NCBI GenBank assembly: GCA_002328745.1
Contig: DCVQ01000027.1
Coordinates: 3,753-67,752 of the forward strand
DNA length: 64,000 nt
Source of the DNA: Actinobacteria bacterium UBA2184
GTDB lineage: Bacteria; Actinomycetota; Coriobacteriia; Anaerosomatales; Anaerosomataceae
Direction: 5' to 3'
The notes beneath the pieces were generated by a model, which saw only the letters and a program-made list of their open reading frames with translations, was not told the origin of the DNA and did no database searches. A program made the translations under genes and the position numbers. Below are positions 55,826 through 64,000 of this stretch, piece by piece; position 1 is the first letter of the stretch, and every line of letters begins with the position of its first letter.

Positions 55826-56632
55826 CTACATCTGGCGTGCGGCGTTCGCGAGGATCGCGTCGTGCCAGTAGCGCGCCATGCCTGTGCGCATCTTCTCGTA
55901 GGTCGCCGTGAAGCGCGGATCGGCTATGTACATCTCGGCGAGGTTCACGTGCATGGCGTGCGAGCACGGGTAGAACCACGTGTCGATCTGCAGGCGGGCC
56001 CGCTCCGCGAGGTCCATCACCCGCGGATCGTCGGCCGGCACTCCGGCGTCCATGAGCGCGATCGTGTCCGAGCCGATCTGCTCGCTCTCGGCCTTGAAGC
56101 GCTCCCAGTCCGCCTTCGTGTAGCGCGCGGTGCGGCGGGCCGACTCCTTGTAGGCGTCGGTCTCGCCCCAGCGCTCCTTGACCTCGTCCTCGTGCTCCGA
56201 GGGATCGAAGTCGCCGAAGACCTCGAACATCTCTTCCTTCGTCATGCGGACTCCCGTCCTTTCGGCGTTGATGGCCCGGTCCACCGAAGCGAGGAGCGCC
56301 TCGGTGCGGGCCGCCTTCTGATGAAGCATCTCGCGCTGTAGCTCGAGCGCCGCCTGGCGGTCGAACGCGCCACCCGAAAGCAGCACGGCGATGTCCTCGA
56401 GCGGGATCTCGAGCTCCCGGAACAAGAGGATCTCCTGCAGGCGAGAGAGGTCGTCGGGGCCGTAGAGCCGGTAGCCCGCATCGCTGCGGGCGGAGGGCTC
56501 GAGCAGTCCGATCTCGTCGTAGTGGTGCAGCGTGCGCACGCTTACGCCCGCCAGCCGGGCGACCTCGCTTACCGTGTGTGTCGCCGCGTTTCCGTGCCGG
56601 TGCCCGCTCTTGCGTGTGCTCGTCATCGTCAT
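55826..56632 (-). CDS. MerR family regulator with TipAS-like C-terminal domain
   Basis: 268 aa from ATG 56632 (GGAGG SD). VSEVARLAGVSVRTLHHYDEIGLL, coiled coil, then the C-terminal TipAS-like domain (DPSEHEDEVKERWGETDAY...ADPRF). Confidence 0.85.
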   Translation of the reverse strand: MTMTSTRKSGHRHGNAATHTVSEVARLAGVSVRTLHHYDEIGLLEPSARSDAGYRLYGPDDLSRLQEILLFRELEIPLEDIAVLLSGGAFDRQAALELQREMLHQKAARTEALLASVDRAINAERTGVRMTKEEMFEVFGDFDPSEHEDEVKERWGETDAYKESARRTARYTKADWERFKAESEQIGSDTIALMDAGVPADDPRVMDLAERARLQIDTWFYPCSHAMHVNLAEMYIADPRFTATYEKMRTGMARYWHDAILANAARQM

Positions 56633-56647
56633 CGACCTCCGGCGAGC

Positions 56648-56678
56648 AGCGTAAACCCTCACGTTACGTGAGGGTCAA
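56648..56678 (-). promoter_or_regulatory. MerR-type promoter: TTGACC - 19-nt spacer containing the palindrome CCCTCACGT-N-ACGTGAGGG - TACGCT
   Basis: Read directly on the minus strand. The palindrome is at 56656-56674. The 19-nt spacing is the MerR/TipA hallmark. It lies immediately upstream of the regulator gene. Confidence 0.6.
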
Positions 56679-56833
56679 GCCCTGATCCGCTCCGGCGCGA
56701 AACCGTCCGGGCATGGCCGCGTCGGTTCGCTCGAGGTGGGTATACGTTGTGTCAGCGGTCGCGTTCCCGACTGCTGGCACCGTGCGCGAGCACGACCCGT
56801 GGGGCGGTCGGGCGTCCGGTGCGGGAGGAGGAC

Positions 56834-58195
56834 ATGATGGGCGCGAAGGAAGAGATCATCACGCTCGAGCAGGCGCTCGATCTGGAGCGCGACGACAGCG
56901 TGGCGCTCTACAAGCGACACGTGAACCCGGGGCTGTGCACGCTGCTCGGCATCATCGGGTTCGACCGGCGGTTCGTCGAGGCACACGGCATGACGGTGCG
57001 CGACGACCACGGGAGGGAGTACCTGGACTTCCTCGGGGGGTACGGGGCGCTGAACTTCGGTCACAACCACCCGGAGATCGTCGAGGCGGTGCGCCGGGTG
57101 GAATCCATGCCCAACATCCTCCAGGCCTCCATCGGGTGCCTGGTCGGACCGCTCGGCGCGAGCCTCGCGGCCATCCTGCCCGGCGAGGTGCGCAGGAGCT
57201 TCTTCTGCAGCAGCGGGGCCGAGGCGGTGGAGGGCGCGCTGAAGCTCGCGCGTATCGCCACCGGCCGGACGGACCTGGTGTACGCCGAGGGCTCGTTCCA
57301 CGGCAAGTCGTTCGGCGCCCTGTCGGTCACCGGGCGCGCGAAGTACCAGACGCCCTTCGAGCCGCTGGTGCCCGGGTGCCACATGGTCCCCTATGGCGAC
57401 ATCGAGGCGCTCGAGGCCGCGCTCGCCGCTCGCGAATGCGCCGCGTTCATCATCGAGCCGATCCAGGGTGAGGGCGGCATCGTCGTTCCGCCCGACGGCT
57501 ACTTGAGCGCGGCGGCCGCGGCGTGTCGTGCGACGGGGACGCTGCTCATCGTCGACGAGATCCAGACAGGCCTGGGCAGGACCGGCGCCGTGTTCGCGTC
57601 CGAGCACGAGGATGTCGCGCCCGATATCGTGGCCACCGCGAAGAGTCTCGGCGGGGGCGTGATGCCGGCCGGGGCGTTCTCGGCGACTGCCGAGGTATGG
57701 GACAAGGGGTTCGGCGGCACCGAGAAGTGCACGCTGCACACGTCGACCTTCGGCGGGAACGCGCGGGCGATGGCGGCCGGGCTCAAGTCGATCGAGATCC
57801 TGATGCGCGACGATCTCTCCTCGGCGGCGCGCGAGAAGGGCGAGCGGCTGATGGCCGGGCTCGAGCGCATAGCGTCCGGGAGCGGGCTCATCAAGGAGGT
57901 GCGCGGACGCGGACTGATGATCGGCGTCGAGTTCTACGAGCCGCGCGTGGCCAAGAAGCTCTCCGCGGAGTACCTGGCGGCGTCGGTCGCCGGCCTGCTG
58001 CTGCAAGACCACGGCGTCATCACGGCGTACACCCTCAACAACCCCAACGTGATCCGCCTCGAGCCGCCGCTCATCGTCACCGATGCGCAGATCGACCACC
58101 TGCTCGACGCGTTCGAGCAGGTGGTCAGCAAGCACCACGGGTTCCTCGGCGTGATGGCAGGGCTCGGAAGGACGATGGTCTCCCGGCGCCGGTAG
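56834..58195 (+). CDS. class-III (ornithine/putrescine/GABA-type) PLP aminotransferase
   Basis: 453 aa. GGGAGGAGG SD. FLGGYGALNFGHNHP, DEIQTGLGRTG, ATAKSLGGG (PLP Lys), STFGGN. Confidence 0.85.
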   Translation: MMGAKEEIITLEQALDLERDDSVALYKRHVNPGLCTLLGIIGFDRRFVEAHGMTVRDDHGREYLDFLGGYGALNFGHNHPEIVEAVRRVESMPNILQASIGCLVGPLGASLAAILPGEVRRSFFCSSGAEAVEGALKLARIATGRTDLVYAEGSFHGKSFGALSVTGRAKYQTPFEPLVPGCHMVPYGDIEALEAALAARECAAFIIEPIQGEGGIVVPPDGYLSAAAAACRATGTLLIVDEIQTGLGRTGAVFASEHEDVAPDIVATAKSLGGGVMPAGAFSATAEVWDKGFGGTEKCTLHTSTFGGNARAMAAGLKSIEILMRDDLSSAAREKGERLMAGLERIASGSGLIKEVRGRGLMIGVEFYEPRVAKKLSAEYLAASVAGLLLQDHGVITAYTLNNPNVIRLEPPLIVTDAQIDHLLDAFEQVVSKHHGFLGVMAGLGRTMVSRRR

Positions 58196-58289
58196 GTCCG
58201 CCCGAGATCCGTCGGCCCCGCCCTCGCGGTCGTGGGGCCGGACCGGCCGCCGCGGCATGCGGCGCGCCACCTGCGCTATCCTGAGCGGT

Positions 58290-59150
58290 ATGACCGCCAC
58301 CGTCCTTCTCGCGCTCTCCACTTCGCTGCTCTTCGGAGTCGGCGACTTCCTCGGCGGCGTCGCCACCCGCCGCGACACGCCGTATGCGGTGACGGGCACG
58401 TCGCATCTCGTGGCGATGGGGCTTCTCGTCCTGGCGGTCCTGTTCGTGCTCCCGCCGGCGCATGCTACGGAGCTCGACATCGCGTGGGGCATGCTGTCGG
58501 GCCTGTCGGGGGTCGCCGGCGTGATCTCGCTGTTCACGGCGCTGTCGGTCGGGCGCATGAGCATCGTCGCGCCGATATCCGCGGCGCTCTCGGCGGCGCT
58601 GCCGGCCGTCTACGACCTGGCGAGCGGTACCCGGCTTCCGACGCACACCCTTGCCGGCATCGGGCTCGCGCTCGTCGCCATCGTGATCGTGAGCATCGCC
58701 CCGGACGAGCAGCTGCACGAGCCCGCGCACCCGTACCGGCCGCGGCTCGCGCTCGTGCTCGCGATGCTGTCGGGGGTCGGCTTCTCGGGCGCCTTCATCG
58801 CGTTCTCGCACACCGCGGACGCGAGCGGGCTCGTGCCGGTGCTCGCGGCGCGCGCGGTGTCGATCGCGGTCGCCGTGCTGCTGTCGGTGCGCTTCGGCCA
58901 CGGTTTCCCGGTGGACCGCACCGCGCTCGCGCCGAGTGCCGGAGCCGGACTCACGGACTTTCTCGCCAACATCACGATGATCACCGCCATCAGGCTCGGC
59001 CCGCTCGCCATCGCATCCGTCCTTGGCTCGCTGTTCCCGGTGGTCGTCGTGTTCCTCGCGCGCGTCTTCCTGGGAGAGCGGCTCCACGCGTGGCAGCGCG
59101 TCGGGGTCGTGCTTGCTGTGGCCGCGGTGCTGCTCGCGGCGCTTCCGTAG
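58290..59150 (+). CDS. EamA/DMT family transporter
   Basis: About 10 TM segments and two EamA-like halves. ATG 58290 lies 9 nt after a TATCCT box, so the leader may be very short. The track start is 58257. Confidence 0.75.
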   Translation: MTATVLLALSTSLLFGVGDFLGGVATRRDTPYAVTGTSHLVAMGLLVLAVLFVLPPAHATELDIAWGMLSGLSGVAGVISLFTALSVGRMSIVAPISAALSAALPAVYDLASGTRLPTHTLAGIGLALVAIVIVSIAPDEQLHEPAHPYRPRLALVLAMLSGVGFSGAFIAFSHTADASGLVPVLAARAVSIAVAVLLSVRFGHGFPVDRTALAPSAGAGLTDFLANITMITAIRLGPLAIASVLGSLFPVVVVFLARVFLGERLHAWQRVGVVLAVAAVLLAALP

Positions 59151-59240
59151 CCAGCGGCGGTCCGGGCGGCAGGTAACGGCGACGTTCCCGCGGGCGTGGT
59201 TCGGGTACGCTTATCCCGACGGCGAGCCGAAGGAGACCTC

Positions 59241-59711
59241 ATGCTTCGCGTGGACATTCCGGGGCGCAGGGCGTACGAGTTCGAGAACCTCGTACTCGAC
59301 GTGAATGGCACGATCGCTGAGGGCGGAGCGCTTCTCCCCGGACTCGCAGGGGCGCTCGCGCCCCTGCGCGACACGCTCACGATAGTCGGCGTCACCGCCG
59401 ATGCTCACGGCACCGCCGCCTCGCTTGGCGCCGAACTCGGCATCGAGGTCCGGGTGATCTCGCCCGGCGGGGAGGCCGACCAGAAGCTCGCAGTCATCGA
59501 ATCGCTCGGCGCCGACGCCACGGTGGCGATCGGCAACGGCGCGAACGACGCACTGATGCTCGCCGCCGCGGGGATCGGTATCGCGGTCATCGGTCCCGAG
59601 GGAGCCGCGCGTATCGCGCTCGAGGCGGCCGACGTGGTCGTGACCGATGTCCGTCACGCGCTCGCGATGCTCGCGGACCCGGCCCGGCTCGCCGCGACGC
59701 TGCGCGGTTGA
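59241..59711 (+). CDS. HAD-superfamily hydrolase (soluble P-type-ATPase-like, COG4087-type)
   Basis: 156 aa. AAGGAGA SD. VLDVNGTI, IGNGANDALML. Confidence 0.75.
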   Translation: MLRVDIPGRRAYEFENLVLDVNGTIAEGGALLPGLAGALAPLRDTLTIVGVTADAHGTAASLGAELGIEVRVISPGGEADQKLAVIESLGADATVAIGNGANDALMLAAAGIGIAVIGPEGAARIALEAADVVVTDVRHALAMLADPARLAATLRG

Positions 59712-59721
59712 GGTGGGAGCG

Positions 59722-60627
59722 ATGAGGCCGAGGATCACGGTAGCAGGCGGGGCGAACGGCGACCTGGTCGGCATCCCCGACGGCGGATTCGTGCCGCGCG
59801 ACTCCAATCCGGGGCACGTGAAGGTGAGCGCCGGCGGCGTGGGGCGCAACATCGCCGAGAACCTCGCGCGTCTGGGCGCCGACGTGCGGCTGGTGACGGC
59901 GTTCGGCGATGACGACGGGGCGGCGTCGCTCGCGGAGGGATGCACGGCTGTGGGGATCGACGTCCGTCACAGCATCAGAGCCATCGGCACGCCGTGCTCC
60001 CGCTATCTCGCCGTGCTCGACGAGGCGGGCGATCTTGCCGCCGCGGTCAACGACATGCGCGCGCTCGAAGCGCTCACCCCGACCCGGCTCGACCCGGCGG
60101 CGTTCGAGGGGGCCGAGGTGGTGGTTCTCGACTGCAACCTCTCCCCGGACACGCTCGTACGCGCCGTCGAGCTCGCCGGCACCACGCCGGTCGTGCTCGA
60201 TCCGGTCTCCGTCCCCAAGGCGGCCGGTGCCCTGCCGGTGCTTGAGGGTCTCACGGCGCTCAAGGCCAACGTGAAGGAAGCCGAGGCGCTCACCGGCACG
60301 ACGGGTGCGGAGGCCGCCGCAGACCGGCTGCTGCGGGCAGGGGTGAGACGCGCGTTCATCTCCCTCGGGCCCGATGGTCTGTGGTGCGCGTCCGCCGAAG
60401 GGTCCTTCGCGGTGCCGGCGGTGCCCTCGGCGGTCGCGAACGTCACGGGTGCCGGCGACGCGCTCGCGGCGGGCATCGCCTGGGGGATCGCGACGGGCCT
60501 GGGGATGCGGGAGACCGCACTGGCCGGGGTCGTGCTTGCGGCCATCGCGCTCGAGAGCGAGCGCACCGTGAGCGAACGCGTGAGCCTCGAGGCGCTTCGC
60601 TCGAGGATGAAGGAGGCACAGGCATGA
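59722..60627 (+). CDS. psuK: PfkB-family kinase, pseudouridine kinase-like
   Basis: 301 aa. GGVGRNIAENLARLG, NVTGAGDALAAG. ATGA overlap with psuG. Confidence 0.8.
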   Translation: MRPRITVAGGANGDLVGIPDGGFVPRDSNPGHVKVSAGGVGRNIAENLARLGADVRLVTAFGDDDGAASLAEGCTAVGIDVRHSIRAIGTPCSRYLAVLDEAGDLAAAVNDMRALEALTPTRLDPAAFEGAEVVVLDCNLSPDTLVRAVELAGTTPVVLDPVSVPKAAGALPVLEGLTALKANVKEAEALTGTTGAEAAADRLLRAGVRRAFISLGPDGLWCASAEGSFAVPAVPSAVANVTGAGDALAAGIAWGIATGLGMRETALAGVVLAAIALESERTVSERVSLEALRSRMKEAQA

Positions 60628-61571
60628 GACCGCACCTGAGGGTAGCCCCGGTGGTGGCCGATGCGCTCGCGGCCGGACGTCCGGTGGTGGCGCTGGAGTC
60701 GACCATCATCTCGCACGGCTTCCCGTATCCCGCGAACCTCGAGTGCGCCATCGAGAGCGAGCGCGTGTGTCGCGAGGAGGGGGCGGTCCCGGCCACCATC
60801 GCGGTCATCGGCGGGAAGCTTGCGGTAGGCCTGAGCGACGTCGAGCTCGAACGTCTGGCGGCGGCCCGCGAGACGCCCAAGGCGAGCCGACGCGATCTGC
60901 CGCTGCTCATCGCGCGCGAGAGCGACGGGGCGACCACGGTCGCCGGGACGATGGCGATCGCGGCCATGGCGGGCATCAGCCTGTTCGCGACCGGCGGTAT
61001 CGGCGGCGTGCACCGCGGCGCGGAGCGCTCCTTCGACGTGTCGGCCGACCTCGAGGAGCTTGCCCGCACGAGCGTCGCGGTGGTCTCGGCAGGCGCCAAG
61101 TCAGTGCTCGACCTCGGCCTCACGCTCGAGTACCTGGAGACCCGCGGCGTGCCGGTGATCGGTTATCGCACAGACGCGTTCCCGGCCTTCTACACGCGCG
61201 AGAGCGGGTTCGGCGTGGATGCGCGCCTCGACACCCCCGCCGAGATCGCGGCCGTCTTGAAGGCGAAGTGGGAGACCGGCCTCCCGGGCGGCGTGGTGAT
61301 CGCGAACCCCATCGATGAGGCGCACGCGCTCGACCCTGCCGTCATCGACGACATCATCGATCGCGCCCTCGCCGAGGCGCGCGAGACAGGCGTGCGCGGC
61401 AAGAGCGTCACGCCGTTTTTGCTCGCCCGCATCCACGAGCTCACCGGCGGCCAGAGCGAGGACGCGAACAAGGCGCTCGTGTGGTCCAACGTTCGACTGG
61501 CGGCGCGGATCGCCTCCGCGCTCGGCTCGCGTGGCGGCGCCACGGCCACCTATCCCGGGAGGGAATCATGA
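60624..61571 (+). CDS. psuG: pseudouridine-5'-phosphate glycosidase
   Basis: 315 aa, collinear with E. coli YeiN/PsuG (VVALESTIISHG, ATIAVIGG, GATTVAGTM, FATGGIGGVHRGAE, SAGAKSVLDL). Confidence 0.92.
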   Translation: MRPHLRVAPVVADALAAGRPVVALESTIISHGFPYPANLECAIESERVCREEGAVPATIAVIGGKLAVGLSDVELERLAAARETPKASRRDLPLLIARESDGATTVAGTMAIAAMAGISLFATGGIGGVHRGAERSFDVSADLEELARTSVAVVSAGAKSVLDLGLTLEYLETRGVPVIGYRTDAFPAFYTRESGFGVDARLDTPAEIAAVLKAKWETGLPGGVVIANPIDEAHALDPAVIDDIIDRALAEARETGVRGKSVTPFLLARIHELTGGQSEDANKALVWSNVRLAARIASALGSRGGATATYPGRES

Positions 61572-62299
61572 CCGAGGCTCACAACGGAAAGCGCGCCTGG
61601 GACGACTCGCTGCTCGACATGGTGAACGGCGCCGAGACCGACTTCCTCGCCGGCAAGCGCGGCCATCACGAGAACGTCGAGGGCGCGGTGAGGATCTTCC
61701 TCGAGTTCCTGCGCGGCTTCGAGTTCATGAAGATCGATCGCCCCTGCGTCACCGTGTTCGGGTCGGCGCGCTTTCGCGAGGGGCACCCGCACTACGAGAT
61801 GGCGCGCGCGATGGGGCGCGCGCTTGCGGAGGCGGGCTTCTGCGTGATGACGGGTGGCGGGCCGGGCATCATGGAGGCCGCCAACCGGGGCGCCAAGGAG
61901 GCCGGGGGCCTGTCTCTCGGCGTGAATATCCACCTGCCGCACGAGCAGGAGCCCAACGACTACATCGACCGCTTCATGGAGTTCGAGCACTTCTTCGTGC
62001 GCAAGGTGATGATGGTGAAGTACTCGTGCGCCTTCGTGGTGTGCCCGGGCGGCTTCGGCACGCTCGACGAGGTCTTCGAGACGCTCACCCTCATGCAGAC
62101 CAAGAAGATCGAGGGCTTCCCCGTGGTCACGCTCGGCTCGGCGTTCTGGGAGCCGATGCTCGACTTCTTCCAGAAGCGCATGGTGGCTGAGGGGACGATC
62201 GCGCCCGACGATCTCGACCTGCTGCACGTCACCGACTCGGTCGACGACGCGGTGGAGTTCATCAAGAGCCACCCGTACGGCTGCAAGCACCCGCGGTAG
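61568..62299 (+). CDS. LOG/TIGR00730 family Rossmann-fold nucleotide-binding protein
   Basis: 243 aa. VFGSAR, MTGGGPGIMEAANRGA, PGGFGTLDE. ATGA overlap with psuG. Confidence 0.85.
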   Translation: MTEAHNGKRAWDDSLLDMVNGAETDFLAGKRGHHENVEGAVRIFLEFLRGFEFMKIDRPCVTVFGSARFREGHPHYEMARAMGRALAEAGFCVMTGGGPGIMEAANRGAKEAGGLSLGVNIHLPHEQEPNDYIDRFMEFEHFFVRKVMMVKYSCAFVVCPGGFGTLDEVFETLTLMQTKKIEGFPVVTLGSAFWEPMLDFFQKRMVAEGTIAPDDLDLLHVTDSVDDAVEFIKSHPYGCKHPR

Positions 62300-62346
62300 C
62301 GCTGTTCGCGCTGCGTTCGAGCCGGCCCGCCGGTGCGGTCACGCCC

Positions 62347-63282
62347 TCATCGCCGCTTCAGGTCGCGCGAGACGGCCATCGCCGCGCGAGCACCCTCGCC
62401 CGCTGCGATGATGATCTGCTTGCCGAGCCCGTCGGTCACGTCACCGGCGGCGTAGATGCCGGGCGCCGACGTGGCGCAACGCTTGTCGGTGACGATCTCG
62501 CCCTTCTCGTTGGTCTCCACGAGACCGCCGGTGTACTCGGAGACGGGGATGGAGCCGGTCTCGATGAACACGCCGGTGACCGACAACACCTCTTCGGCGC
62601 CCGTCTTCACGTCTTTGACGGCAAGGCCGGTCACGCGCTCGGCGCCCTCGATCGCGGTGACCTTGAGTCCCTCGCGTACGGTGATCGCGCCGGAAGCGGC
62701 GACCTTCTCGAGCACGGCGCCGTGCGCCTTGAGCGGCGTCTGCGTGACGATCGTGACGGTCGCGTCGAGATCGGCGAGTTCGAGGGCGGCGTCGCAGGCC
62801 GACTCGGTGGAGCCCACCACCGCGACGGGCTGGCCGCGAAAGAACGAGCCGTCGCACGTGGCGCAGTACGAGACGCCCCGGCCGATCATCTCGGTCTCGC
62901 CGGGAACGGCGAGGCGGTTGGGCGCGCGGCCCGTAGCGATGATCACGGCGCGCGTGGGCAAGTGCGTCCCCTCGCGCGTGTAGACGTCGAAGCCGTCTTC
63001 GGCGGGCACGAGGGCGTTCACCAGCTGTCCCTCGAAGCACTTCACGTCGAACTGCGAGACGTGGTCGCGGAACGCCTGCACGAGATCCGCGCCGGTGACG
63101 AGGCGCCAGCCGAGGTAGTTCTCGACCTCGCTCGCCCAGGCGGCCTGGCCACCGACCTCGCCGCCGACGATGGCGGTGGCGAGCCCCTGTCGCGCGGCGT
63201 ACATGCCTGCGGTGAGTCCCGCGGGGCCGGCGCCGATCACGACGACGTCGTAGCGTTCGGGTGAGTGCGTCTCGTCTGCCAT
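62347..63282 (-). CDS. thioredoxin-reductase-like flavoprotein (CATC disulfide) lacking NADPH-binding motifs
   Basis: 311 aa. FAD motif VVVIGAGPAG. Redox centre YCATCDG. It has GSTESA where TrxB has GGGNTA, and VTQTPLKA where TrxB has HRRDxxRA. GAGGAGG SD. Confidence 0.8.
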   Translation of the reverse strand: MADETHSPERYDVVVIGAGPAGLTAGMYAARQGLATAIVGGEVGGQAAWASEVENYLGWRLVTGADLVQAFRDHVSQFDVKCFEGQLVNALVPAEDGFDVYTREGTHLPTRAVIIATGRAPNRLAVPGETEMIGRGVSYCATCDGSFFRGQPVAVVGSTESACDAALELADLDATVTIVTQTPLKAHGAVLEKVAASGAITVREGLKVTAIEGAERVTGLAVKDVKTGAEEVLSVTGVFIETGSIPVSEYTGGLVETNEKGEIVTDKRCATSAPGIYAAGDVTDGLGKQIIIAAGEGARAAMAVSRDLKRR

Positions 63283-63377
63283 CGGGAGCCTCCTCGGGGC
63301 GGCGGTGTGTGAGCACCGCGGACTGTCACCTTTGAATCGTACCCCGCACGGTGATGCCTGAGCTCTTCGAGCGCTGC

Positions 63378-63914
63378 TCAGATCCGGCTTCGGCGGTAGG
63401 CGAATGCGGCGCCCGTCGCCGCGGCGAACAGCGCGGCGGCCGCGAGCAGCGCGAGCTTCCAGGTCTCCGGCGGGTCTTCCACAGCGGCCCCGGGCCTGAT
63501 CACGCGGAGCGCCGTCACGTGGATGTCCATGTCACCGCCGTGCTCGGCGCATGCGGCGTTGAAGGTCCCGCTGACCTCGACCAGGTCGCCACGATGACGG
63601 TAATCGCCGAACACGGTCACCGCTCGGGCCAGCTCCGGGCTCACGACGGCCGCCTGGCCCGAGTTGTAGCCCGAAAGCGCCGCGCCCTCCTCGGTCGTTT
63701 CGCCGGCGTACGCGTCGTCGTTGAGATGCAGCCAGACCTCATCGCCCCGAGTCATCGCTTCGCCGATCGCTTCCCCGGTGAACGTGATCGAGTGCCCGTC
63801 CCACAGCGCAGGGGCCTCGATCAGCCGGGTGCTGGACACAGCCTCCGCCATGGCGGAGGCGGGCAGCGCGAACACGGCGACGGTGAGCGCAAGAGCGAAT
63901 GCCAGACGTCTCAC
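63378..63914 (-). CDS. secreted, C-terminally anchored hypothetical protein (OB/beta-barrel-like)
   Basis: 178 aa from GTG 63914 (GTGA overlap with the upstream stop). Signal LAFALALTVAVFALPASAMA. Terminal TM segment LALLAAAALFAAATGAAFAY. Confidence 0.55.
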   Translation of the reverse strand: MRRLAFALALTVAVFALPASAMAEAVSSTRLIEAPALWDGHSITFTGEAIGEAMTRGDEVWLHLNDDAYAGETTEEGAALSGYNSGQAAVVSPELARAVTVFGDYRHRGDLVEVSGTFNAACAEHGGDMDIHVTALRVIRPGAAVEDPPETWKLALLAAAALFAAATGAAFAYRRSRI

Positions 63915-64000
63915 TGTCCCTTCACCACCGACCACAGCCAGCCGAAGAGCGCGAACACGGCGACGAACTCCATGCGCCCGAGCCACATCGCGAGTACGTA
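63911..64000 (-). CDS. membrane protein, C-terminal 29 codons only (rest outside window)
   Basis: Own translation ...YVLAMWLGRMEFVAVFALFGWLWSVVKGQ*. The stop overlaps the next start. Confidence 0.4.
   Translation of the reverse strand, partial: YVLAMWLGRMEFVAVFALFGWLWSVVKGQ

Overview
This is a very GC-rich, tightly packed bacterial chromosomal segment. I call about 62 protein-coding genes and recognise no rRNA, tRNA, CRISPR, transposase, integrase or phage genes. Many long ORFs in the supplied track are antisense or read-through artefacts of the GC content. I trimmed starts using Shine-Dalgarno motifs, homologue N-termini recalled from memory, and ATGA/GTGA stop-start overlaps.

Gene content, left to right:
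- a c-type cytochrome fragment
- a DUF2089/membrane/SHOCT-like operon
- kbl-tdh
- a MacB-type ABC pair
- a TPM-domain gene plus pspA
- an envelope cluster ending in an MBOAT + SGNH pair
- two-component genes and a complete cheA-cheW-mcp-cheR-cheD-cheY/X-cheB cluster, followed by a triple-PAS histidine kinase
- an acylphosphatase
- a DUF438 hemerythrin/PAS protein
- PadR plus a second MacB-type ABC pair
- MarR plus a heterodimeric ABC exporter
- small redox and housekeeping genes
- a peroxiredoxin whose catalytic Cys codon is TGA (probable selenoprotein)
- a DEAD-box helicase
- a three-gene minus-strand operon: a small protein, a 995-aa multihaem cytochrome with 10 CxxCH plus 21 C-x(4-10)-CH motifs in tandem ~79-aa modules, and a haem-c/HAMP-only membrane protein
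- rlmKL, csp, crcB, a TipA-like MerR and an aminotransferase
- pseudouridine catabolism genes (psuK-psuG)
- a thioredoxin-reductase-like flavoprotein lacking NADPH motifs

The most novel-looking element is the cytochrome operon (48215..52415). The Sec-peroxiredoxin is the most easily checked surprise. My taxonomic guess, by inference only, is an anaerobic high-GC Gram-positive (Actinomycetota-like) organism.
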